From assembly GCA_965650865.1 (NCBI GenBank), contig CBFGQF010000001.1:1-27172 (forward strand): a DNA stretch of 27,172 nucleotides, in the 5' to 3' direction. This document shows, piece by piece, positions 7,815-16,168 of this stretch; positions within the stretch are counted from its first letter, which is position 1, and each line of letters opens with the position of its first letter. The position numbers and the translations under genes are program-made. Below the pieces are notes generated by a model that had not been told where the DNA came from, searched no databases, and saw only the letters and a list, made by a program, of their open reading frames with translations. The DNA comes from an uncultured Alphaproteobacteria bacterium (lineage in GTDB: Bacteria > Pseudomonadota > Alphaproteobacteria > Micavibrionales > Micavibrionaceae).

Positions 7815-9809
7815 ATGAGCATGGGATTCCGCAAAATTGGGATGGGTATCTGTCTTGCCGCCATGCTCACGGGCGGTGGAATTAGCATTACCCACGCCCA
7901 GACACTTATGAATGCCCAACAATTTCTCTCCAACCCGCAGGCTTTGGCCAGCGCGCCGGGCGGCATTACCACAAACGCCGTCAATATTCTTGGTACGTCG
8001 AACGGCAACCCTCAGGCTATTTCTGAATTGGGCAACTTTCTCGGCGGAATGCCGGGATCACAAACCAATCCGCAGCAAGCGACCGGCATATTGCAAACCT
8101 TACAGCAGGGGATGTCATCGGGTCAGTTTTCACCACAACAAGCCACCGCATTATTGGGGGGCATCACCAGCAACCCGCAACTGACGCAGGCTCTAACCAA
8201 TGTTCCCGGCCTTGGGCAAATGACAGGCTCTGTCGGCAATATCCAGCAAGTCATGAATAACCCTGCCGTGCAAAATGCGCTCGGCGGTCTATCGGGCATG
8301 CAGCAAGCCGCGGGTGTGGACCAGATTGTGCAAAGTGTCACGCAAGGGGCAGCCCAAAATCTTACAACTGCCGCCACTCAGGAACTGGCCAATCAAATTG
8401 CAGCCAATATGCCTGATCTTGCGAATATGATGGGCGGCGCGAATGGGATCGCCCAAAACTTGCAGAACATGCTTGGCGGCGCGGGCGGGCTTTTAGGCGG
8501 ATTGTTCGGTGGCAGCGGAACCGGCGGTGCAGGCAGTGGCGGCGGCGGTGCTGGGGCCGGCGGATCGGGTCAGGACCGCGACAACGGAAATTATGAACTG
8601 GAGAGTATGGATACTGGCGGCCCCGGTGCCCAGAATGCCTGCGGAAACTGCTCCGATGTAGGAACCATCATTAAAGGGCACTATACAGAGGTCCGCCAAA
8701 CCATCAAAGACGAATTCATCAAGCACCGTAACTGGATCGTCAACACCTATTGGAAAGAGCATATCCTGCCCGCCCTGATGCTGATGGCCGAACAATTGAC
8801 CGCTGTCGGGATCGCGCAGGTGGAAATGATCGGCGCGATGCTCGATGCCAAACATCAACTGGAAACCCAGCGTCTGTTCCAGCAATTGACCGCGCAGGCG
8901 CACAAGGATTATCACCCGTCCGAGGGCATGTGCACCTTCGGCACAAGCGTGCGCAGCCTTGCTGCATCGGAACGCAAATCGGATATGACGCAAGTCGGGC
9001 TTGCCGCACGCATGATGCAACGCCAGACGCTGAACGGGGATGTTCTTTCGATTCAGGGCGATTCTTCGGACATTGTTTCGCGCATGAGCCGCTTTCGCAC
9101 GACCTATTGCGATCCGTTGGACAATGCGAGCGGACTGGATGTTTTCTGCAAGGATGCCGACAGCGCATCCGAACGCCGCAACATCGATGTGGATTTCACA
9201 CGCAATGTGGAATCGCGCCTGACGCTCGATATCGATATGACACAGGATGGTGCCGACACCGATGACCAGCAGGATCTGTTCGCCCTCTCCGCCAACCTTT
9301 TCGGGAATAATGTTGCGATGCGCATAGACCCGGAAAAACTGGCGAACGATCAGGGACTGGTCCGCGAAGACGGGGCCGGACGGCTGCTCGACCTCCGCGC
9401 CGTCTATGCCAAACGCTCTGTCGCTCAGAACTCTTTCGCGGCGCTGGCCGCGATGCGCGCATCGGGCGATGAAGGATCGGCCCCTTATACCAAAGCGCTC
9501 ATCAAAGAATTGGGCATCACTTCCCAGGACGAGATTGAAAAGATCCTCGGCGAAAAGCCCAGCTATTTCGCACAGATGGAAGTGCTGACCAAAAAAATCT
9601 ATCAAAACCCGTCTTTCTATACCGAACTCTATGACAAACCTGTCAATGTGGAGCGCAAAGGTGCGGCCATCGAGGCGATTTCCCTGATGCAAGACCGTGA
9701 TTTGTATAACAGTCTTCTGCGCTCAGAAGCCGTTTTATCCGTTCTCCTTGAAACCATGTTGATGAAGGAGCAATCCAAGATCGTCAACGCCATGCCGGAG
9801 ACAGATTGA
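7815..9809 (+). CDS. Exported protein, paralogue 1: Gln/Gly-rich N-terminal region plus conserved IcmX/TraW-like C-domain
   Basis: Sec signal (..ISITHA|Q), about 230 aa of Q/G/N-rich sequence, then a domain shared with 9812 and 11711 (ALMLMAEQ, DAKHQLETQR, DYHPSEGMCTFGT, PSYFAQMEVLTKKIYQNPSFY, LYDKPVNVER). CDS is solid; family identity is inferred. Confidence 0.6.
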   Translation: MSMGFRKIGMGICLAAMLTGGGISITHAQTLMNAQQFLSNPQALASAPGGITTNAVNILGTSNGNPQAISELGNFLGGMPGSQTNPQQATGILQTLQQGMSSGQFSPQQATALLGGITSNPQLTQALTNVPGLGQMTGSVGNIQQVMNNPAVQNALGGLSGMQQAAGVDQIVQSVTQGAAQNLTTAATQELANQIAANMPDLANMMGGANGIAQNLQNMLGGAGGLLGGLFGGSGTGGAGSGGGGAGAGGSGQDRDNGNYELESMDTGGPGAQNACGNCSDVGTIIKGHYTEVRQTIKDEFIKHRNWIVNTYWKEHILPALMLMAEQLTAVGIAQVEMIGAMLDAKHQLETQRLFQQLTAQAHKDYHPSEGMCTFGTSVRSLAASERKSDMTQVGLAARMMQRQTLNGDVLSIQGDSSDIVSRMSRFRTTYCDPLDNASGLDVFCKDADSASERRNIDVDFTRNVESRLTLDIDMTQDGADTDDQQDLFALSANLFGNNVAMRIDPEKLANDQGLVREDGAGRLLDLRAVYAKRSVAQNSFAALAAMRASGDEGSAPYTKALIKELGITSQDEIEKILGEKPSYFAQMEVLTKKIYQNPSFYTELYDKPVNVERKGAAIEAISLMQDRDLYNSLLRSEAVLSVLLETMLMKEQSKIVNAMPETD

Positions 9810-9811
9810 TC

Positions 9812-11185
9812 ATGAAAAAACTTATTCATAAAATGATGGTCTTCGCTTTTGCGGCGTTCCTTTTTGCAATAACAATCGGCACAATCCCTAATTCGCGCCT
9901 GTCAAATCCAGCCTTCGCCTTTCCTGCTTGCGATTCCTGTTGCTCTTGTAGCGGCGGCGTTTGTGGCGGGTTTGTCATGGACTGTAAAACTGCTGCTGTA
10001 AATACATCGGAAACGCACAAAAATTATACCAATGATTTTACCAAACATGAATTCGTCATCCACCGCGAATGGATGGTGAAGGTGTTCTTTGAAATGCATA
10101 TCCTGCCTGCGCTGATGCTGTTCGCGGAACAAATCTCTGCGATGGCCATGCATCAGGTGGTCGTCATCGGCTCCTTCCTTGATGCCAAGCACCAGCTCGA
10201 GACCCAGCGCCTGTTCCAGCAATTGATGGCGCGCGCGCACAAGGATTACCATCCCTCAGAAGGCATGTGTACGTTCGGCACAAATATCCGCAGCCTCGCG
10301 GCGTCCGACCGCAACATGGATTTATCCGCGATAGGGATTTCGAACCGCGTTTTGCAGCGCGAACTTTTATCAGGCGACTCGCTGGCCACGCAGGGACGCT
10401 CTTCCGATTTCCTTTCGCGCCTGAAGCAATTCCGCGAAATCTATTGCAGCCCGAAGGATAATGGCAACGGCCTTGATCTGCTTTGCCCCAATCCGCAAGA
10501 TGGCACGCGGGTGAACAAGGACATCAATTACACCGCAACTTTCGATTCCCTTACGGAGGAAGGCGATATCGACCATGAGGACAATCAACACGAAACGACC
10601 CTTTCAGCCGATGAAGAAGATGTGTTCGCCCTCGCCGCCAATTTGTACGCCCACACCGTCGCCCCTTCGATCCCGCAAGCTTTCCTGTCGGATGAGAATG
10701 GCACGATTAACCCCACAGGCGCGGAGCATTATATGAATATCCGCTCGATCGCCGCGAAACGCTCGGTCGCCCGCAACTCTTTTGCCTCCATCGCCGCAAT
10801 GAAATCGCAAGGAGAGAAGGAAGTGCAACCCTATCTCTTCGCCCTCGTCAAGGAGATGGGGATTAAGGATGAAGAGGAATTGAAAAAATATCTCGGCGAA
10901 CGGCCCAGTTATTACGCGCAGATGGAAATACTGACGAAGAAACTTTATCAGAATCCGTCTTTCTATTCAGAACTGTACGACAAACCTGCCAACGTCGAGC
11001 GCAAGAATGTGTCGATGAAGGCAATAGAGCTTATGCAAAAACGCGATATCTACCGCAGCATTCTGCGTTCCGAGGCGATTTTATCGGTCATGCTTGAAAC
11101 CGCGCTTATGGAAGAACAAGATCGTATTGTCAACGAGATCAAAGTCCTGCCTGAAGATGGCGCGCTGATCGACATACCGGATTAA
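9812..11185 (+). CDS. Exported protein, paralogue 2: short Cys-rich N-terminus plus conserved IcmX/TraW-like C-domain
   Basis: ATG 9812 just after the paralogue 1 stop (track uses TTG 9806); signal ending AFA; CDSCCSCSGGVC..C; same conserved C-domain. Confidence 0.6.
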   Translation: MKKLIHKMMVFAFAAFLFAITIGTIPNSRLSNPAFAFPACDSCCSCSGGVCGGFVMDCKTAAVNTSETHKNYTNDFTKHEFVIHREWMVKVFFEMHILPALMLFAEQISAMAMHQVVVIGSFLDAKHQLETQRLFQQLMARAHKDYHPSEGMCTFGTNIRSLAASDRNMDLSAIGISNRVLQRELLSGDSLATQGRSSDFLSRLKQFREIYCSPKDNGNGLDLLCPNPQDGTRVNKDINYTATFDSLTEEGDIDHEDNQHETTLSADEEDVFALAANLYAHTVAPSIPQAFLSDENGTINPTGAEHYMNIRSIAAKRSVARNSFASIAAMKSQGEKEVQPYLFALVKEMGIKDEEELKKYLGERPSYYAQMEILTKKLYQNPSFYSELYDKPANVERKNVSMKAIELMQKRDIYRSILRSEAILSVMLETALMEEQDRIVNEIKVLPEDGALIDIPD

Positions 11186-11198
11186 GGGCTGGCATGTC

Positions 11199-11714
11199 AT
11201 GACAGATGCCCTCCATAAAAAAAGCGCAGCAAAAATCATCCTGATCCTTACAGCCTTGATCGCGGCCATCGGCGCAGGCTGTCTGGTTTACGCACGCGCG
11301 GTGAAAGGGCATGATTTTATCCGCATTACAGGCGCGGACACGGCGATGGAAATTTCTGTTGTGCTGGAAGAGGCGGGCAAGGCGTTGGCGCTGGAGGCGA
11401 CGGCAAAAGGCGGTGAAACGGTTTTTAATCTTGATGATAGGAAAGCAACCCCGCCTTATGATGCGATTGTCACCCTGCGCAAGGATGGTATTTATCGCGA
11501 TGTGCGCTTTTCGGTTGGTGGCAACGAAGCCTTTGTTGTCGCGGAAGGCTTTTCACCCAAAGGGCCGCTATCATGGAATGGGCAGGACGATTTGCATTTC
11601 GACTGGTCAGGACGCATCGAACTGCGGGGAGATTTAGACGATATCAAGGGCCCCCTTTGTCTTGATGCGGATGGCATGAATATCTGCCACACCGCTGTAA
11701 AGGCGGTGCGATGA
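11199..11714 (+). CDS. Small exported or membrane-anchored hypothetical protein (171 aa)
   Basis: N-terminal hydrophobic helix (IILILTALIAAIGAGCLVYA), beta-rich body, C-terminal Cys pair. Stop overlaps the next start (ATGA at 11711-11714). Confidence 0.7.
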   Translation: MTDALHKKSAAKIILILTALIAAIGAGCLVYARAVKGHDFIRITGADTAMEISVVLEEAGKALALEATAKGGETVFNLDDRKATPPYDAIVTLRKDGIYRDVRFSVGGNEAFVVAEGFSPKGPLSWNGQDDLHFDWSGRIELRGDLDDIKGPLCLDADGMNICHTAVKAVR

Positions 11715-13567
11715 AACGATATCTTGTTATCGCCGCGTTTTTATCACTTTTCGCAATAACACCCGTTTTTGCCGCCGAAGAAGGTTTGGGACAGACGCCG
11801 TTCGGCGACCCGACGGGCGGCACCAATGGTGGCTCTTGCGACTTCACTGCGATCAAAGACTCCCTTTACGAAACAGAATCCGGCGGCGCCCTAGAGGCTT
11901 CATATAGAAAACAAGGCCCTATGACACGCTATGGCCAAGCGCGTGGACGGTATCAGTTTGTTGAAGAGACACAAAACCGCATGCTTTCACAACATCCGGA
12001 ATGTACCCCTAACGGACAAAACTGTTATGGCGCGAATATATATAATCAGGAATGCTGGCAAACACAGGAATGCCTGATGGACTTAAACCTTGCAAAAAAT
12101 CTGGATTCCATTCGTAGCAACCCCGATTGTCAGGCAATCATGGGCACGACAATACAAGGCAAGCGGGTAACACAGCGCTATGGAACACAAATATCCGATC
12201 CTTGCGTAGTGACGGAATCCGGTCTTGCCGCCGCGTGGCACTTGGGCGGTGATGACGCCTGCGCCAACATTAAAAACGGCTATTGCGGGGGCTGGGGTGA
12301 TTTTGACGGAAATGGCGGCGGATGCACGAACATGGGCACCAGCGAGTCTTGGTATATTTGTCAGCACGGCAGTCTGCCGATGCCTGGCCAATGTACGCCG
12401 GCTCCGGGACAGTCGGGTTCTTATGATCCAGGCACATCGGATCCTACCCTAACATTGAAACAGCTTGAAAGCCTGATTGGTCAGGGTGACGAGGGCTTCA
12501 TCAACACGGGCGGCACCATCAAAGGAAACTGGGTGGCAAGCCTGATGCTGATGGCCGAACAATTTACGGCGAATATGGCTTACCAATTAAAAGCCATCGG
12601 CATGTTCTTTGACGCCAAGGAACAGCTGGAGGCGCAGCGTGATTTCCAGGAACGCGTGGCCGAAGCACACCGTGATTATCATCCATCGGAACAGATGTGT
12701 ACCTTCGGCACCTTCTCTACCAATCTGGCAAGCACACAGCGCCGCGCCGACCTGACCCGCGACGCAATTTCGGAAGAAGGAATCGACCGAGAGATCGGCG
12801 GGGGCGATGGCAAGGGCAATACAGGCAGCACGGATACCCTGTCGCGCATAAAACAATTCCGCGACAAATATTGCAATCCGAAAGACAACGGCCATGGCCT
12901 TGCCCTTCTGTGCCCGAATGAAACCGATGCGGACATGCAAAACCGTGATATCGATTACACCCGCACGGTCGATATGCCGCTCACACTGGATGTCAACCTG
13001 ACGGACAACGAAACAACCGATGACGAGGAAACGATTTTTGCCTTGATCGATTATCTGTTCATGCACGATCCGATCCCGCGTGTACCGAAAGACGCGTTGA
13101 AGTTGCAAAAATATCAATACCATTACCAAAACCTGCGATCGATCGTCGCCATGCGCGGCGTGGCGCGCAACAGCGTCGCCAATATTATCGCCCTGAAATC
13201 GGCAAGTCCCGAGCAGGCAAGCCAGTCCGGCCCCTATCTGAAAGCCCTGATGAAGGAAATGGGTCTGGCCGAAGACGAAGTTGAAAAATTGTTGGGCGAA
13301 AACCCCAGCTATTACGCGCAGATGGAATTCCTGACCAAAACCATCTACCAAAACCCGAGTTTCTATTCGAACCTCTATGACAAACCGGCCAACGTCAAAC
13401 GCATTCGTGCGGCGATGAAAGCGATCAAGCTGATGAACGACCGCGATATCCATATGGCCCTTGTCCGGCGTGAAATGCTGCTGTCCATGATGCTGGAACT
13501 GCGGCTGCGCGAACGGGCGGGTCTTGTTTATGACGCCACGGAAAACGCCCTGTTCAAGGAAAACTAA
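11711..13567 (+). CDS. Exported protein, paralogue 3: lysozyme-like N-terminal domain plus conserved IcmX/TraW-like C-domain
   Basis: Signal ending VFA; ETESGG...ARGRYQF...T and VTESGLAAAWHLGG...GTS..WY motifs; same C-domain (DYHPSEQMCTFGT, PSYYAQMEFLTKTIYQNPSFYSNLYDKPANV). Confidence 0.65.
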   Translation: MKRYLVIAAFLSLFAITPVFAAEEGLGQTPFGDPTGGTNGGSCDFTAIKDSLYETESGGALEASYRKQGPMTRYGQARGRYQFVEETQNRMLSQHPECTPNGQNCYGANIYNQECWQTQECLMDLNLAKNLDSIRSNPDCQAIMGTTIQGKRVTQRYGTQISDPCVVTESGLAAAWHLGGDDACANIKNGYCGGWGDFDGNGGGCTNMGTSESWYICQHGSLPMPGQCTPAPGQSGSYDPGTSDPTLTLKQLESLIGQGDEGFINTGGTIKGNWVASLMLMAEQFTANMAYQLKAIGMFFDAKEQLEAQRDFQERVAEAHRDYHPSEQMCTFGTFSTNLASTQRRADLTRDAISEEGIDREIGGGDGKGNTGSTDTLSRIKQFRDKYCNPKDNGHGLALLCPNETDADMQNRDIDYTRTVDMPLTLDVNLTDNETTDDEETIFALIDYLFMHDPIPRVPKDALKLQKYQYHYQNLRSIVAMRGVARNSVANIIALKSASPEQASQSGPYLKALMKEMGLAEDEVEKLLGENPSYYAQMEFLTKTIYQNPSFYSNLYDKPANVKRIRAAMKAIKLMNDRDIHMALVRREMLLSMMLELRLRERAGLVYDATENALFKEN

Positions 13568-13616
13568 GCCTCTGTTTTGATTGTATTTATGGCTAACGCG
13601 GCACCAACTCCGCTTT

Positions 13617-13632
13617 TGGCATCCTGCTTGCA
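13617..13632 (+). promoter_or_regulatory. Sigma-54 (-24/-12) promoter for flgK
   Basis: TGGCATCCTGCTTGCA (GG-N10-GC, near consensus TGGCACG-N4-TTGCW), 58 bp upstream of the flgK ATG. flgK is sigma-54 dependent in Caulobacter. Confidence 0.75.
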
Positions 13633-13690
13633 TCGTCTCTATCACCGGCCGCGTCTGCGGCAGGCGAATGAGCAAAGGATGTGAGTATAT

Positions 13691-16147
13691 ATGTCATTTA
13701 TGGCCCTGAATTCCGCCTTGACCGGCCTGCGCGCGGCGCAGGTCCAGCTCAACACGATTTCGACCAATATCGCGAACGCGACAACGCCGGGTTATAGCCG
13801 GAAAATCACCCCGCAAACCGCACAAGTCATTAATACGACTGGGGAAACCATCGGTGTGCGCACCGAAACCCTGATCCGGCAGGTAGACCTCAATCTGGAG
13901 CGGGAGCTATGGACACAGATCAGCGTGGTTTCGGCAGCCGATGTGCGCGCCGGCTATCTCGGCAGTATCGAACAATTCCACGGCCCGTCGAACAAGGAGC
14001 TTTCGATCGCGGCAGAAATTTCCCAATTGAAGGACAAATTCGCCGCCCTGTCTGATTCACCTTCGGATGGATTTCTTTTGCAGGCAACTTTGTCCCAAGC
14101 CGAGGATGTGGCAAACAAATTCAATGATTTCGGGGAACTTATCACCCAGCTGCGCAACGATGCGCAGGACGAAATGGTGCAAACGGTCGATCGTATTAAC
14201 GCTATTTTGACGACGATCTCCGAATTGAACGGCAACATCAAGGGGGCCGCGAATGTTGGCGGCAGCACGGCGGCGCTCGAAGACAAACGCGATGAAGCGG
14301 TAAAGGAGCTCTCCAGCCTTATCGACGTCAATTTCTTCATGCGTGGCGATGGCGTCATGGTCATCCAGACCAAGACCGGCGTACAACTGGCGGATGAACG
14401 AACACGTGAAGTCTTTTTCGCACCCGAGCGCATTGGCCCGACCACGAGTTATCCGGATAGCGTCAGCGGCGTTTATGTCGGCGGTAACCCCATAGGAAAC
14501 CCCAGCTCCGCCGATGTCACCGCGACGGGTGTCGGCGGCAAGCTCGGCGCCCTTATCGAATTACGCGATCAAACGCTCATTCAATATCAAACGCAGGTGG
14601 ACGAACTTGCCCACAAACTCGCCTTGCGCATGGAAGCGCAAGGTTTGCGTCTGTTTACAGATGCCTCCGGCGGCGTGCCGCTTGATACTCCGCCCGATCC
14701 GGGCCCCCCGCCCGTATCTGTTACCTATGTGGGATTCGCCACCAAAATTCAGGTGAATGAAAGCATCCGCAACAATATCACCTTGCTACAGCAAGGGACC
14801 TATACATCGGATCAGGCAATCCCCTCTGCTTCCAATGAGGTTATCCGGCGCGTGATCCAGTATGGTTTCGGCGATGTGAATTACCAGCAGGCGGCAGGGA
14901 CAACCGACCTGAATATCGCTCTGCCCGCCACGGACTTACAGCAATGGCTGGGCCTTTACTCGACAAACCGCGTTGTCGGCGGCATCAATCTTGCTGACTT
15001 CTCGCAAATATCAGACGGGGTTTCTGGAACATCCGACCTTCTGGAAGACCTTGATGAATTTTTCATCAACCCTGCAGACGACCAGTTCCGGATCACATTT
15101 TCAGATCCGCGCCTTGGCATTCCCGACATGACGATTACGGTCGATTTGAGCGATGCGCAGGCCGCCTTTCCGATCAACGGCACGACCATCAACAATGCAT
15201 TGGATCAGGTAATCGCCCAAATCAACGACCAGATCGCAACTGCCGTGGGGGGCACGCCTGCCTTTGCGGGTTTTGATGCAACCGCCACACGCAATTCGTA
15301 TGGCCAGCTGGTGATCGAAAGCCGTGCGAATACAACATACAGCGCCAGCGGTTTTGCAAACGCGATGGGGACGGATGCCTTCGGTGCGCTCGGCCTGCAG
15401 GAACGAACCTACGCGGTGGAAGACCCCTATTTCGATGTGCAGGTTGGCGCCGGAACGCCCGTGCGCATTACGCTGGAACCCGGCGACGATATCAATGACC
15501 TGATCGATAAGATGGAATACGACCCGATCTCCGGTTCGGGCGTGCCGGGTCTGCATGTGGACTTCGATGCCCTCACAGGGCGCCTGACCCTGCGCCCCGG
15601 CATGGATAATACCAATGGCGGACCGCGTTTTGGCGGCGATATCAAGATCGTGGCAGGGCCGACATTGACGGACGGCGCGGTAAACCCTGTTCTGGCGGCT
15701 TTGCCGCAAGGGGTCAGCATGGCAGGCGCGCTATTCGGCAGCTATGCGGTCAGCGGGGGCAATGTCACGGAAAGTTCACCTGTCACCAATGTCAATTACG
15801 GTTCGGAAACATTCCTGGGTTCTGGCGTGTTCGTGACCTTCCGGCGCGATTATCTGGGGCCCGCCGCCAATGTAAATTCAGGAATCCTTACCGGCAGCAA
15901 TCTGGTCGATTTCGCCCAGAAAATGGTGAACGCGCACGGGCAGGACATCGTCATTAACGATGCCCGCAAAAGCGATGGCGAAACGCTAAAGGCACTGATG
16001 CAAGAGCGTGTCCTGAACGATATGGGCGTGAATATCGATGAGGAGATGGCGAATTTGATTGTGGTGCAGAACGCCTATGCCGCGGCCGCACGCGCAGTAA
16101 CGGCGGCCAGCGAAATGTTCGACGAATTACTGGCGGCTTTCCGCTAG
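13691..16147 (+). CDS. flgK: Flagellar hook-associated protein 1 FlgK (long form)
   Basis: N-term ALTGLRAAQVQLNTISTNIANATTPGYSRK; GGKLGALIELRD; C-term GVNIDEEMANLIVVQNAYAAAARAVTAASEMFDELL. Confidence 0.93.
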   Translation: MSFMALNSALTGLRAAQVQLNTISTNIANATTPGYSRKITPQTAQVINTTGETIGVRTETLIRQVDLNLERELWTQISVVSAADVRAGYLGSIEQFHGPSNKELSIAAEISQLKDKFAALSDSPSDGFLLQATLSQAEDVANKFNDFGELITQLRNDAQDEMVQTVDRINAILTTISELNGNIKGAANVGGSTAALEDKRDEAVKELSSLIDVNFFMRGDGVMVIQTKTGVQLADERTREVFFAPERIGPTTSYPDSVSGVYVGGNPIGNPSSADVTATGVGGKLGALIELRDQTLIQYQTQVDELAHKLALRMEAQGLRLFTDASGGVPLDTPPDPGPPPVSVTYVGFATKIQVNESIRNNITLLQQGTYTSDQAIPSASNEVIRRVIQYGFGDVNYQQAAGTTDLNIALPATDLQQWLGLYSTNRVVGGINLADFSQISDGVSGTSDLLEDLDEFFINPADDQFRITFSDPRLGIPDMTITVDLSDAQAAFPINGTTINNALDQVIAQINDQIATAVGGTPAFAGFDATATRNSYGQLVIESRANTTYSASGFANAMGTDAFGALGLQERTYAVEDPYFDVQVGAGTPVRITLEPGDDINDLIDKMEYDPISGSGVPGLHVDFDALTGRLTLRPGMDNTNGGPRFGGDIKIVAGPTLTDGAVNPVLAALPQGVSMAGALFGSYAVSGGNVTESSPVTNVNYGSETFLGSGVFVTFRRDYLGPAANVNSGILTGSNLVDFAQKMVNAHGQDIVINDARKSDGETLKALMQERVLNDMGVNIDEEMANLIVVQNAYAAAARAVTAASEMFDELLAAFR

Positions 16148-16168
16148 AAAGATAACAGGAGTTAGACG

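Noticed and set aside
7899-8580. Possible DNA tandem repeat or CRISPR-like array in the Q/G-rich region
   Set aside because: Periodicity is at protein level only; no identical direct repeats with spacers were seen here or elsewhere in the window.
11199-11290. Lipoprotein signal (GAGC) in the 171-aa protein
   Set aside because: The -3 residue is Gly and hydrophobic residues continue after the Cys; not a convincing lipobox.
8493-13675. Long minus-strand ORFs 8493-9692 and 12587-13675 that resemble each other
   Set aside because: Their similarity simply mirrors the plus-strand paralogous domains, which have signal peptides and operon coupling.
13567-13691. flgKL as structural members of the array operon
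   Set aside because: A dedicated sigma-54 promoter and canonical FlgK/FlgL termini argue for normal flagellar function; kept only as a linkage observation.
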